Shown here: piece after piece, positions 1 to 9,749 of the stretch
Numbering within the stretch: the first letter of the stretch is position 1
How the letters are laid out: each line of letters starts with the position of its first letter
Assembly (NCBI GenBank): GCA_963730185.1
Contig: CAVSQW010000008.1
Span: 160,001 to 224,000, forward strand
Origin: an uncultured Gemmatimonadales bacterium
Lineage (GTDB): Bacteria > Gemmatimonadota > Gemmatimonadetes > Gemmatimonadales > GWC2-71-9
Length of the DNA stretch: 64,000 nt
Direction: 5' to 3'
The notes under the pieces: generated by a model
Seen by the model: the letters and a program-made list of their open reading frames with translations, nothing else
What the model was told of the DNA's origin: nothing
Databases searched by the model: none
Program-made: the position numbers and the translations under genes

Positions 1-197
1 TGCGGCTTGTCGAGCCAGTCGAGACCCCAGGCGTACAAGCCGACGTAGTCGCCGCGGCGGACCATGGCGGCGGCCACGCTCGCGTAGAGCGTTGGATCGT
101 CGTCCATCAGGGGTAGATCGATGGCGACCAGATTCACCAGGACGGCCAGGGCCAGCGCCAACCAGGTGAGCCGCCGATCGCGAAGGGCCGAATTCAT
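1..197 (-). CDS. ArnT/GT39-like glycosyltransferase, N-terminal part (runs off window)
   Basis: Manual translation from ATG 197: MNSALRDRRLTWLALALAVLVNLVAIDLPLMDDDPTLYASVAAAMVRRGDYVGLYAWGLDWLDKP; TM helix followed by D..LYA..A..M...DKP pattern of ArnT/PMT family. Confidence 0.75.
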   Translation of the reverse strand, partial: MNSALRDRRLTWLALALAVLVNLVAIDLPLMDDDPTLYASVAAAMVRRGDYVGLYAWGLDWLDKP

Positions 198-312
198 CGG
201 GCGGATTGTACAGCGGAAGGTAGGTCCGGACCACTCGCCGGGCTGCTGGACCCGGCCGTGGGGGCGGGGCGGGGTGTTGTCCGACGTCGGTCGGCCGGTC
301 CAGATTCCGGCC

Positions 313-1347
313 ATGCTGAACCACGACGAGGTCGCCGAGTTCCTGGCCGCCGAATTTCCCGCGCTGCGGGTCGTCGCCCGATGGGCCGATCCGGAGCTCC
401 GGCTTCCTCCGGCCCGGGCCCGGATCTTCGTACCCGACCTGCACCTCCTCGCCGAGTCCGATGCGGCCCAGTATCCCACCACCCGCTTCAAGCTCCGGAA
501 CGAGCTCCGCCGGTTCCTGGCCGCCTTGGTCCGTTTCAAGAACGACCACCCGGGTGAGCTCGAGGTGCTCCATCTTGGCGACCTGTTCGACCTCTGGCGC
601 GCGCGAGGCCCCGGCACCGTGAAGGAAAAGGTCGACGCCATCGTCGCCGACTACCGAGACGAGGTGGCCGCGCTCTTCCGGGGTCCGCCGGTCGGCGTCC
701 GAGCCGGGCTGGTGGCGGGCAACCACGACTACGATCTCCACTACCTGGCCGAGTGGAACGCGCTCCGGTTCGCCTTTCTGAACGACAGCCCGGCAGGCCA
801 GCCCGATGCGCTGGCGCTGCACGGTGACCAGTTCGATTTCGTCGAGCGGATCGTCCCGCATCCGCTTCGAGCCGCGATGGTGAGGTTGTTCCGCCAGACG
901 GCGTCGGCCGGACACGAGCTGGACCAGGAGCAGGCGGCCGACGTGCTGGCCTTGAACGACCAGCTTCCCCGCGGCGACCAGGTCGCCGGGACCGGTCTCA
1001 CGGACCTGGCGCCCCCCGATGGCCTGGCGGCGGGCTCCACCAACGTGATCCACTGGAGCCCGCAGGTGGGACGGATCGGCCGGTTCTTCGAGCCGGCCCG
1101 TCAGCTGGCCGTGGCGCTCAAGGGCCGCGGCCGGGACATCCGGCTGGTGATCTGCGGCCACTCACACCACGCCCGGATCGTGGTCGGCGATCGCGGCGAC
1201 GGCGTGACGATGGCGCTGGTGGACTGCGGCGCCTGGCTCGGCCAGTGCCGGTTTGGCCCGGGCTCTCCCTGGCGGCCGAGCGCCCAGCTGGGCGTGTTGG
1301 TCGGGAACGACGCCCGGATCTACCAGTTGGGGGCGGGTAGTGACTAG
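313..1347 (+). CDS. Calcineurin-like metallophosphoesterase (LpxH-like fold)
   Basis: Motifs PDLH, GDLFD, GNHD, HGD, GHSH; start chosen at ATG 313 within ORF 121..1347. Confidence 0.75.
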   Translation: MLNHDEVAEFLAAEFPALRVVARWADPELRLPPARARIFVPDLHLLAESDAAQYPTTRFKLRNELRRFLAALVRFKNDHPGELEVLHLGDLFDLWRARGPGTVKEKVDAIVADYRDEVAALFRGPPVGVRAGLVAGNHDYDLHYLAEWNALRFAFLNDSPAGQPDALALHGDQFDFVERIVPHPLRAAMVRLFRQTASAGHELDQEQAADVLALNDQLPRGDQVAGTGLTDLAPPDGLAAGSTNVIHWSPQVGRIGRFFEPARQLAVALKGRGRDIRLVICGHSHHARIVVGDRGDGVTMALVDCGAWLGQCRFGPGSPWRPSAQLGVLVGNDARIYQLGAGSD

Positions 1348-1459
1348 GGAGTTGTGACTCGTGACTGGGGAGGGAGTGGTGATTGTGACTGGGGAGGGAG
1401 TGGTGGCCCCCACTCACGACTCCCTCCCTAGTCACCATTCACAACTCCCAAGTCACTAC
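1337..1459. repeat. REP-like nested palindrome with internal tandem 21-mers between convergent genes
   Basis: GTAGTGACTAGGGAGTTGTGA (from 1337) and TCACAACTCCCAAGTCACTAC (to 1459) form an inverted repeat with 1 mismatch; GTGACTGGGGAGGGAGTGGTG at 1361 and 1385; inverted copy at about 1415-1435. Confidence 0.8.
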
Positions 1460-2304
1460 TCGTCGCCGTCCCCGCCCACCGGGCGTTCCCGACGATCCCA
1501 AACACGATCCACAGGGCGACGACGGTCAGGATCCCCGACTCTCCGATCCAGAGCGCGGACGAGGCGCCGGTGGTGGCTCGGTCGAACACGTCTTGGATCA
1601 CGACGTTCCAGGCGGCGTGGGCGACGACGCAGGGCCAGACGCTTCCGCTCGCCATTCGCCAGCGGGCCATCAGCAGTCCCACCGGGGTGATCGCGGCGAA
1701 GAAGAGCAGCGCGGAGAGGAGCGGGTAGGGTCCGACCGCGTAGCCGCCCCAGAGGATCAGAGGCACGTGCCAGAAGCACCAGATCCACGAGCTGGTGAGA
1801 TAAGGAGCGGGCGCCCCGGCTTCGACCAGCCGGGGCACCAGGTAGCCGCGCCACCCGAGCTCTTCGCCGAAGGCGGAGATCCCGCTGAAGAGCGTGCCGA
1901 TCGTGAGGGCCAGCGGAATCGACAGGGCCAGTCGGAGCGCCGGACTCGAGACGCCGCGCCAGCCACCCCTCCACCGGGGGACTGAAGCCGGCCAGGCCCG
2001 TGGTCCACGCGACCCCGTAGACGGCCAGGCCGATGGCCACCGGCAGGAGCCACGCGGCCAGCGACGCCTTGGTGCCGGTACGTCCACCCCACCGGAACGA
2101 TACGTCGCCGAACCCTTCCCGCCCCACCAGCCTCGCGACGATCGATGAGAGCGCCGGCACGTACATGAGCGGGAGGACCAGCCGGCCGGCCGGTCCCATG
2201 AGCCCGCCGTGGGTGATGATCCAGCCCTCGAGCGCGGCGGAGAGGATCACCACCAGGCTGAGGTAGATGACGAGGCCGCGTCGGGCTTGGGCTCGCGTTC
2301 GCAT
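1428..2304 (-). CDS. CPBP/Abi family intramembrane metalloprotease (one frameshift near 1955)
   Basis: N-terminal TM half in ORF 1456..2304; EELGWRGY, WH.P and HAAWN motifs in ORF 1428..2087. Confidence 0.8.
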
Positions 2305-2378
2305 GGGCGCGCCGGGGTCGAGGTCGAAGTCGTCAAACGATCCGTTCGAGACTGAAACGATCGACCCCAGCGATCGGC

Positions 2379-2804
2379 CTATCGGCCCGGCTCGACACCC
2401 TTCGAGGTGGCCGGCCGCGGCGAGGGCTTGAGCAGGCGTTCACCCAGGAGGTAGACCAGCCCGTGGTGGACGGCGGAGACGAAAGCCAGACTCCACCCGA
2501 GGGCGGCCTGGCCGGCGGCGTACCAGGCCCAGGCTGCCAGGCCGGAGACGGCCAACTCCTGCCCCAACCGGAGGGGCTCGGCCAGCCGCCCGGCGCTCCG
2601 AAAGTCGACCAGTCCCCAGAAGCCGAAGCCGAACAGCGGCACCCCGATCGCCAGCAGGCCGCGGCTCCACCCCCGCAGCCCGGCGTGCCACCCCCACCAG
2701 CCGAAGGCGATCACGATCCCGAGCTCCATCAGAGCCCGGAGCGCCAGGTTGAATCGCCGCACGGCGCGTCCTTCCCCGGTGGTGAACGAAGCCTGTCGGA
2801 TCAT
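2379..2804 (-). CDS. YrdB/DUF2568 family membrane protein
   Basis: NLALRALMELG..WWG ... WG ... LRL..EL pattern, about 4 TM segments. Confidence 0.7.
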   Translation of the reverse strand: MIRQASFTTGEGRAVRRFNLALRALMELGIVIAFGWWGWHAGLRGWSRGLLAIGVPLFGFGFWGLVDFRSAGRLAEPLRLGQELAVSGLAAWAWYAAGQAALGWSLAFVSAVHHGLVYLLGERLLKPSPRPATSKGVEPGR

Positions 2805-2933
2805 GGACCAGTCGTCGCCGGGCGGCAACCCCGCCGTGGGCCAACGAATCGGCCTTCGCGGTCGTCGAGCAAGGCCCGCTCTCCCGGAGCCGGCAGGCTT
2901 GCGATCCGTGGTAGACCGGCGACACATTGCGAA

Positions 2934-3611
2934 ATGGACGTTCGCTGGTCCCAACCCGGTGTGCTGGTCGTGGCTCTTGTCGCGGGCGCGTGCAGCCACC
3001 GCGGCGCGACGCTCACCCCGCCCACCACCGGCGACGATTTCACGCAGTACGTGATTGGACGGTTCGGCGCCGTCCCGATCGCCGCCTGCCCACCCAGCCC
3101 GCTTCATCTCGGCGCCACCGACTCGGTGCGGACCGAGCACCTCTTCCTGACCCTCAATCTCCCGGTAGGGTTCGAGCAGGGGCCCCGCCGGTTGAACGTC
3201 TCGCGCGTCGCGGCCGCCGGCGGCGTCCTCGAGGGAGAGCAGTGGCTCCCGGGCCTCACCATCGAGGCCGTCTTCTGGAATCGGTGGACCCGCTACGAAG
3301 GCAGGCCGGGCGCGGACGTCGACGCGCCGATGACGCTGGTGCAGCTGGTCAAGCGCCGGGGCTATCCCCGGTTCGCCGCCGCGGCTCCCTGGGAATTCGC
3401 GCAGGGCAAGGAATGCCTGCTTCGGTTCGCGGGCCGGACGGCTCGGGTCTTCCAGTTCGAGCTGGTGCGGCGGGGCATCCGGCCGGTCTGGGGCGTGGAG
3501 GCCTACTGGCTGGGCCGCCCGGCCGACGGCTACCTCGGTTTCTTCGGCCTGGCCCCGAGCGAGGCGGCGGCGGCCGAGCTGATGGCGATCATCGCGGCGA
3601 TCGATCCCTGA
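2934..3611 (+). CDS. Hypothetical lipoprotein
   Basis: Lipobox-like LVAGAC after a hydrophobic stretch; globular composition. Confidence 0.55.
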   Translation: MDVRWSQPGVLVVALVAGACSHRGATLTPPTTGDDFTQYVIGRFGAVPIAACPPSPLHLGATDSVRTEHLFLTLNLPVGFEQGPRRLNVSRVAAAGGVLEGEQWLPGLTIEAVFWNRWTRYEGRPGADVDAPMTLVQLVKRRGYPRFAAAAPWEFAQGKECLLRFAGRTARVFQFELVRRGIRPVWGVEAYWLGRPADGYLGFFGLAPSEAAAAELMAIIAAIDP

Positions 3612-3620
3612 AGCGGCGGG

Positions 3621-5039
3621 TCAGGATCCGCCCCGAAGCCGGGCGGGGAGGAAGGCCGAGGGCCGGGCCGGACGCCCGTCCTGGATGACCCACGCGATCC
3701 GCCGCGTGTTGCGAATGTCGGCCAGCGGATCGGCGTCCAGCGCCACCAGGTCGGCCCGCTTTCCCACCTCGATCGTCCCCAGCTCCGAGATCAGTCCCAG
3801 CGCCATCGCGCCGTTCCGGGTGGCGGCCCGGAGCACCTCCGCGTTGGAGAGACCGGCCCGGGCCAGGAGCTCGAGCTCGCGGTGGTACATCCAGGGATTC
3901 GCGGCGTCGGTGCCGGCGGTCAGGGGCACCCCGGCGTCGTGGAGGCGCCGGGCCAGCTCCAGCATCAGCGGGAACGCCCGCTGGGCCCGGACGTAGTCGC
4001 TGTCGGCCCAGCCCCGGAGCCCGCGGCCGGCATCCCGCGTCTTGGCGAGGATCGCCGGCGGGACGAACCGGTCCGATTCGGCCGGATAGAAGGCCGAGTC
4101 GGCCGACCAGGCCGTGCTCTCGAAGGCCACCAGGGTCGGGTCGATCGAGACGTGGTGCGCCGTCAAGGCGCCGATCATCTCCCGGATCTCGGGGCCGTCG
4201 AAGTCGGCCTCGAGAAACCAGTCGAACATGAACTGGCCCCCGCGAATGCTCTTCACGAACGCGGCCCGGCGCCCGGGGGGCAGCAAGGCCTCGTTGTTGA
4301 CGATGATGTGGGTGATCCCGTCGATCCCGTCGTTGGCCGCGTCCGTCCACGAGGTGCGCCAGAGATGGCCGATCACCCGGAGCCCCAGGCGATGGGCCTC
4401 GTCGATCGCGGCGCGCACCTGAGCGGAATCGAGCCCCGAGTACACCTTGATCAGGTCGACCCCGGCCTCGGCTTGCCGCCGCACCGCCGCGCGGACCTCC
4501 GCCTCCGTCGTGACCGCATCCATCGCGGTGTTGGGGCCGGGCCGATCGAGCGGTGCGCCGGCCGTCACGATCCGGGGCCCGGTCAGCTCGCCCCACCGAA
4601 CCCGGTTCCGGAGCGACACCGTCTTGTCTGTCGGACCGGCCGGATTTCGCACGGTGGTGATTCCGAAGGCCAGCTGGCTCCGGGTCAGCTCCCGGGTCGA
4701 CGCCTCGTCGTAGGGAAAGCGGAGCACCGGCGTGGGGCCGCTCGAGTCCACCTCCCAGGCGGCGATCGCCAGGTGCCCGTGCATCTCGATGAAGCCGGGC
4801 ACGAGGTAGCGGCCGGTGAGGTCCACGACCCGGGCGCCACGGGGCACCACGAGAGCCGAGTCGGGCGTCACGGCCGTGATCCACCCGTTCCGGATCACCA
4901 CCGACGTCCGAGCCGCCGCCGGCCGCTCCGTGCCGTCGATCACGGTGGCGTTCCGGAGCACGGTGATCCGGCTCTGAGCGGAGAGGCCGGCGGCGAGCGT
5001 GCCCGACAGGGCCGCCGCTGCGGCCACACGGGTGAGCAT
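3621..5039 (-). CDS. Secreted amidohydrolase family protein
   Basis: Signal peptide; PGFIEMHGH, GITTVRN, IKVY, GTD, G.IEVGKRADLV motifs. Confidence 0.85.
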   Translation of the reverse strand: MLTRVAAAAALSGTLAAGLSAQSRITVLRNATVIDGTERPAAARTSVVIRNGWITAVTPDSALVVPRGARVVDLTGRYLVPGFIEMHGHLAIAAWEVDSSGPTPVLRFPYDEASTRELTRSQLAFGITTVRNPAGPTDKTVSLRNRVRWGELTGPRIVTAGAPLDRPGPNTAMDAVTTEAEVRAAVRRQAEAGVDLIKVYSGLDSAQVRAAIDEAHRLGLRVIGHLWRTSWTDAANDGIDGITHIIVNNEALLPPGRRAAFVKSIRGGQFMFDWFLEADFDGPEIREMIGALTAHHVSIDPTLVAFESTAWSADSAFYPAESDRFVPPAILAKTRDAGRGLRGWADSDYVRAQRAFPLMLELARRLHDAGVPLTAGTDAANPWMYHRELELLARAGLSNAEVLRAATRNGAMALGLISELGTIEVGKRADLVALDADPLADIRNTRRIAWVIQDGRPARPSAFLPARLRGGS

Positions 5040-5611
5040 GAGGCGATCCGGGGTGAAGGTCGGGAAGGTAGTCCCTCGCACCCTGGGAAACTTACGTCCG
5101 GATGCCGGCTACGGCGCAGGGCCTTGCCGATCATCGCCCGCGCCGCCCCCGCTTCGGGGTCGAACTCGCCGATCCACCGGTGAGCGATCCGTCCCCGCCG
5201 GTCCAGCAGGAAGGTCTCCGGTACCCCCATCGTGCGGAGGGTGCGCTCGATCCGCTTCGACGGATCCCGGAGGATCGTGAAGCCGATGTCGTGTTCGGTA
5301 ACGAACGCCCGGACGGCCTCGTCCCGTCCCGGGTCGTCGACGCTCACCCCGAGCACCGTGAGCCCGCTGTCGGCGTAGTCCCGGGCCACGCGGGCCAGGG
5401 CCGGCATCTCGCGCCGGCAGGGAATGCACCAGGTGGCCCAGACGTTGAGCAGCACTACCCGCCCGGCCAGTCCCGCCAGGCGGACGGAATCGCCGTCGAG
5501 CGCCCGGGCCGAGTAGGCCGGCGCCGGGTCGCCGGTGACGAGGGGCCGGAACGCGTCGGGCCGGCCGCAGGCCGCGGCGCCTGCCAGGGCGAGGAGCGCC
5601 AGCCGTCTCAC
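4940..5611 (-). CDS. TlpA/ResA family thiol-disulfide oxidoreductase lipoprotein (3' end uncertain)
   Basis: GTG start overlapping upstream stop; lipobox AAAC; NVWATWCIPC..EMP and GVPETF; C-terminal tail overlaps the next gene, possibly because of an indel. Confidence 0.85.
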   Translation of the reverse strand: MRRLALLALAGAAACGRPDAFRPLVTGDPAPAYSARALDGDSVRLAGLAGRVVLLNVWATWCIPCRREMPALARVARDYADSGLTVLGVSVDDPGRDEAVRAFVTEHDIGFTILRDPSKRIERTLRTMGVPETFLLDRRGRIAHRWIGEFDPEAGAARAMIGKALRRSRHPDVSFPGCEGLPSRPSPRIASCSPVWPQRRPCRARSPPASPLRAGSPCSGTPP

Positions 5612-6927
5612 GAGCCGCCGTCCGCCGCCAGGGTGGCCCGCCGGACCATGACCCGGGCCTCCCCCACCGCCTGGAGGCCCATCGGCGCGTTCTTGGGCCG
5701 CGCGGCCGCCGCCTCCGCGGCGGCCTTGGCGCTCGCGGCGTTCTCCTCCGACCAGGCCACCGTCACCTCTCGGCCCGCGATCGCCAGCACCGGAAAGCTG
5801 GCCGCGCGGCCGGGGTCGCTCAGAGGCAGGGCGGGGCCAAAGGTCTCGCCGCCGTCGGCGGAGACCCGGAGCACGATCCGGGGCGTCTCGACGGTGCCGT
5901 CGTCCCATGCGACCGCGACGGTGCCGGCCGGGCCGAGCGCCATTTGGACGTGGGCCGGCCGGGAGTATTGGGCCAGGCCGAGCGCCACGGGCGGGCCGAA
6001 GCTGGCGCCGCCGTCGTCGGAGCGGGCGTAGGCCACCCCGGCCCGGCCCTCCTTGCCGGTCCACCACGCCACGTGCAGCCGGTCGGCCGAGTCCACCTGG
6101 ATCGACGGGCCGGCGTGGGGACAGCCGGGGTAGACCCAGTCGTCGGCGTGGACCCGGACCGGCGCCCGCCAGGTGGCGCCGTGGTCGTCGGACCGGGCCA
6201 CCACGATGTCGCGCACGCTGCCGGGAAAGACCATCCGCCAGGCCACGTAGACCGCGCCCCCCGCCGAGGTGGCCAGCGCGGTCCGGCAGCAGGGGCAGGC
6301 CTCGCCGGTGGCGACCGGGCGGTTGGCCTCCCAGGTCTCCCCGCCGTCGGTGGAGCGGGTTATGTACGCGGCCGAGGCCCCGTCGCGGCTGTCCAGCCAG
6401 GCCAGGTAGAGCGAGCCGTCGGCCGCGGCGTGAAGGGCGTGGAAGTTGTGCGTCCCGAACTCGGCGTCGTCGGTGACCGTGGCGGGCGCCGTCCAGGTGG
6501 CGCCCCGGTCGGTCGACCGGGTAAAGCGGAGGGCCGCGAGCGGGAACCGCCGTCCGGGCACCAGCTTGGGCACGACGTAGATGGCGTTGAGGGTGCCGTC
6601 CGGCCCGTAGGCCAGCTTGGGGGGCGACTCGCCGTGAGCCTCGATCGGGCCCAGCGGGTCGCGGAGCTCGGCCGGCGGCCGGTTGCCGACCGAGACGTAG
6701 AGCCGCGCCTCGGTGCCGCTGTCCGGGGCCGAGACCCAGGCCACCGCCCGGGTCAGGTCGGGCGACACCGCGAACATCGGCGCCACCCCGACCGCGGTCG
6801 CGGTGATCGGCTCGGCCTCGCCCAACAGGGTCACCGCGGGGCCGTCGGCGCCCCGCGGGTGGCAGGCGGCGATCGTGCCGATCGCCGCCAGGACGACGAG
6901 AGCCGGAAGACGTCGGAGCCGGCTCAT
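5608..6927 (-). CDS. BNR/Asp-box repeat (sialidase-fold) lipoprotein with CPCC and GCPH motifs
   Basis: Repeated S.D.G.TW/F Asp-boxes; lipobox IAAC; ATGA overlap with TonB receptor stop. Confidence 0.8.
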   Translation of the reverse strand: MSRLRRLPALVVLAAIGTIAACHPRGADGPAVTLLGEAEPITATAVGVAPMFAVSPDLTRAVAWVSAPDSGTEARLYVSVGNRPPAELRDPLGPIEAHGESPPKLAYGPDGTLNAIYVVPKLVPGRRFPLAALRFTRSTDRGATWTAPATVTDDAEFGTHNFHALHAAADGSLYLAWLDSRDGASAAYITRSTDGGETWEANRPVATGEACPCCRTALATSAGGAVYVAWRMVFPGSVRDIVVARSDDHGATWRAPVRVHADDWVYPGCPHAGPSIQVDSADRLHVAWWTGKEGRAGVAYARSDDGGASFGPPVALGLAQYSRPAHVQMALGPAGTVAVAWDDGTVETPRIVLRVSADGGETFGPALPLSDPGRAASFPVLAIAGREVTVAWSEENAASAKAAAEAAAARPKNAPMGLQAVGEARVMVRRATLAADGGS

Positions 6928-9248
6928 CGGAGGTCGTACTGCGCGGTGAGGTAGAACCGCCGCGGCATGCCGGGCGCGAACTCCTCGCCCCGGGCCACCG
7001 TGTAGCTGCTGAGCTCCGAGTACCGTCGATCGGTCAGGTTCATCAGCCGGGCGGAGAGCGCGAACCCGTGGGTGAGCGGCGCGGTCGCCCGGAGGTTGAC
7101 GAGCGTGTGGCCCGGATACTGGTGGGTGTCGGCCTGGTCTTCCCAGTAGCTCCCCAGCCGCTGGAGCTCCGCCGAGAACCGCGAGCCGGCCCACCCGCGC
7201 GGGGTCGCCGTCAGCGCCACGTTGGCGATGTGCCGGGGCGCGCTCGGGATCTCGTTCCCGCTCAGATCCACGCTGGCGTTGGTCTGCCAGTCGGCGAACC
7301 GATGCCGGGCGTAGGAGTAGGCCACGTCGAGGCGGAGGTCGTCCACGAACTGGATGCCGAGGCTGGTCTCGATCCCGCGATGGGTAGTCCGCCCGGCGTT
7401 CATGGCCTCGGTGTGACCGTCGGGGAAGGTGTAGCTGAGGATGTCGTCGGTCTTGATCATGTCGTAGACCGAGACGTCGTAGTCCACCCGGCCCGCGATC
7501 CGGCCCCGGACGCCCGCCTCGTAGCTGTTCACCTTGACCGGCGCCAGGCCTACGGTGTTCACCGCGCTCCCCTGGCGGAAGAGCTGGCTCTGCGACGGGG
7601 CCCGGAAGCCGTTCCGGTAGGAGACGAACAGGTTGAGCTCGGGCGCGGCCTCGTACGTCATCCCGATCTTCGGGCTGAGGTGGCGGTAGGTCACCGTGGT
7701 GTCGCCGGGACGCCGCCAGCGGCCGGTGGCCAGCGGCGCGAGGTTGCTGGTGTAGTCGTACCCGGTCAGATCCAGCCGGGCGCCGGCCTCGAGGTGCCAG
7801 CGCGAGGTCGGGCTCACCTGCACTTGGGCGTAGGGCGAGACCCCGTGGAAGGTCACGTCGTAATCGTAGAGCAGGTCGCCCGCGGTGTAGGACGTGAAGA
7901 TCTTGCCGTCACGGGTCGCCGAGATCTGCCGCTCCACCCGCCCGCCCGGGCTGTAATCGACGTCGGTACCCACGATCAGCTGGGTCCGGGCCGCCGGGAA
8001 GTCGCGCCGGTACTTGAGCAGCACGCCGAGCGACGTGTTCTGGTCGGTGTAGTCGGTCGGATCGTAGGTCAGCGACCAGTTCGGGATCAGCCGCATCCAG
8101 TCGTAGCGGAAGTACGGCGTCGCCTCGAACGACGAGGTGGCGCCGGCCCGCGAGTAGGCCATCGAGTAGCGGAAGGCCCGGACCTGGCGGAGCGAGATCG
8201 GGGTGTAGTTGATGGTCGGGTTGGCGAGGTAGTCGGCCTCGGAGATGGCCGACGTGCCGGCCGTGTTCTGCTCGATCCGCGAGAAGGTGGCCACGCTCTT
8301 CAAGCGGCCGTTCGAGCCGACCCCCTGGTCCCAGCGGACGGTGCCGCTCTGCCGGTTGTAGTCGGTCGCGTCGCGCCACCCGCCGGTGCGGGTCAGGTTG
8401 AGATCGGCCCGGAGACCGGTGGCGCCCCAGGTGTTGCTGGCGGTGGCCAGGACCCGCCCCCACCGGTAGGCGCCCAGGTCGAGCGAGAGCTCCGCGTCGG
8501 GCCGGGCCGAGGGCGCCCGGGTCGAGACGTTCACCACCCCGCCGACCGCGTCGCTCCCGTAGAGCGCGCTGGCCGGTCCCTTGCTCACCTCGATCCGGTC
8601 GGCCTGCGGGATGTTGATCTCGTAGAGCGCGTTGTGATTGAAGAATCCGGTCGACCGGGTGGGAATCCCGTCTTCCAGGTAGAGGTAGACCGGATCGGTC
8701 GTCATCGGCTGGCGGATGGCCATCATGTGACCCTCGCCGCCGGTGACCGGCACGTACACGCCGGCCACCCGGTTCATGATCTCTTGCGGGTGGGCCGGCT
8801 GGGTGGCGCGGAGCAGGGCGCCCGGCACCACCGCGATCGCTGCCGGGATGTCGACCTTCTTCTCCTCCTCCCGGCTCGCGCTCACCACGATGTCGGCCAT
8901 CCGGAGAGCGGCCGCCGACAGCACGACGTCGGCCCGGACGGTGCCGCCCGCGGCCACCGTGACCGTCCAGCGGGCCGGCTGGTACCCGAGGCGCCGGGCC
9001 AACAACGACGCGGGGCCCGCCGGAACGCCGTTCAGGAAGAACTCGCCCTTGGCGTCGGAGAGCGCGGTCCGGCCGGTGCCCTCCACCACGACGGTCGCGC
9101 CGGCCAGCGGCTCGCCGGAACCGCCGACTGTGATCTTCCCTTCGATTCGGCCGGTGGTCTGCGCCGCCGCGGGAACGGTCAGCATCAGGGCCACGAGCCA
9201 GGTACGGACGAGTCGCGCGAGCGACCCGGCCTTCGGTAACGAAGTCAT
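6924..9248 (-). CDS. TonB-dependent outer membrane receptor with N-terminal carboxypeptidase-regulatory-like domain
   Basis: Signal peptide; plug motif IEVSKGPASALYGSDAVGGVVN; C-terminal NLTDRRY...PR.FYLTAQYDL. Confidence 0.92.
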   Translation of the reverse strand: MTSLPKAGSLARLVRTWLVALMLTVPAAAQTTGRIEGKITVGGSGEPLAGATVVVEGTGRTALSDAKGEFFLNGVPAGPASLLARRLGYQPARWTVTVAAGGTVRADVVLSAAALRMADIVVSASREEEKKVDIPAAIAVVPGALLRATQPAHPQEIMNRVAGVYVPVTGGEGHMMAIRQPMTTDPVYLYLEDGIPTRSTGFFNHNALYEINIPQADRIEVSKGPASALYGSDAVGGVVNVSTRAPSARPDAELSLDLGAYRWGRVLATASNTWGATGLRADLNLTRTGGWRDATDYNRQSGTVRWDQGVGSNGRLKSVATFSRIEQNTAGTSAISEADYLANPTINYTPISLRQVRAFRYSMAYSRAGATSSFEATPYFRYDWMRLIPNWSLTYDPTDYTDQNTSLGVLLKYRRDFPAARTQLIVGTDVDYSPGGRVERQISATRDGKIFTSYTAGDLLYDYDVTFHGVSPYAQVQVSPTSRWHLEAGARLDLTGYDYTSNLAPLATGRWRRPGDTTVTYRHLSPKIGMTYEAAPELNLFVSYRNGFRAPSQSQLFRQGSAVNTVGLAPVKVNSYEAGVRGRIAGRVDYDVSVYDMIKTDDILSYTFPDGHTEAMNAGRTTHRGIETSLGIQFVDDLRLDVAYSYARHRFADWQTNASVDLSGNEIPSAPRHIANVALTATPRGWAGSRFSAELQRLGSYWEDQADTHQYPGHTLVNLRATAPLTHGFALSARLMNLTDRRYSELSSYTVARGEEFAPGMPRRFYLTAQYDLR

Positions 9249-9345
9249 CGCCTTCTCTCCCCGGAAGAATGGACGCATGACCCGAGGACCCGACGGCAGG
9301 TCGGGCGCTCAGGGCAGTTGAGGCGAGGGCCGTGGCCCTCGGCCG

Positions 9346-9708
9346 CTACGACTGGAGTGCGGCGGGAGGGGCGGTGGCGAAGGGGAGGCGACGGTCGACC
9401 CGGAGACCGGCCGGTGTGGTGACCGGCTCGACCTGTCGGGATTCGAGGGCCGTCCGGTCGGCGGTGACCGCTCCGATCGGCGGCACGGCCGCCAACGGCA
9501 CGCTGTGGCACGAGCCGAGGCAGTGACAGGAGCAGTCCGGACCGGGTGAGCGGTCCGACGGCACGCCGTGCTCGTGGCCGGCCATGCCATGGGCGGACGC
9601 CGGCATGGCCATGTCGCACCGCTGCAGCACGCCATGGGTGGCGAATGCGAACGGAAGCCACAGCCCCAGCAGGGCCATGAAGACGCGGTGCGACCGGCTC
9701 ACGGGCAT
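9346..9708 (-). CDS. Cys/His/Met-rich upstream ORF, DUF2946/CruR-like
   Basis: Signal/TM segment, Met/His tract, CSCHCLGSC, C-terminal LPFATAPP; directly upstream of the TonB receptor. Confidence 0.65.
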   Translation of the reverse strand: MPVSRSHRVFMALLGLWLPFAFATHGVLQRCDMAMPASAHGMAGHEHGVPSDRSPGPDCSCHCLGSCHSVPLAAVPPIGAVTADRTALESRQVEPVTTPAGLRVDRRLPFATAPPAALQS

Positions 9709-9749
9709 GAACGGCAATTTAAGGACGGTGAGCCTTCTAGGGGACCCCA

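Noticed and set aside
1337..1459. Possible CRISPR array
   Set aside because: Units are adjacent or inverted with no unique spacers, and no cas genes are present.
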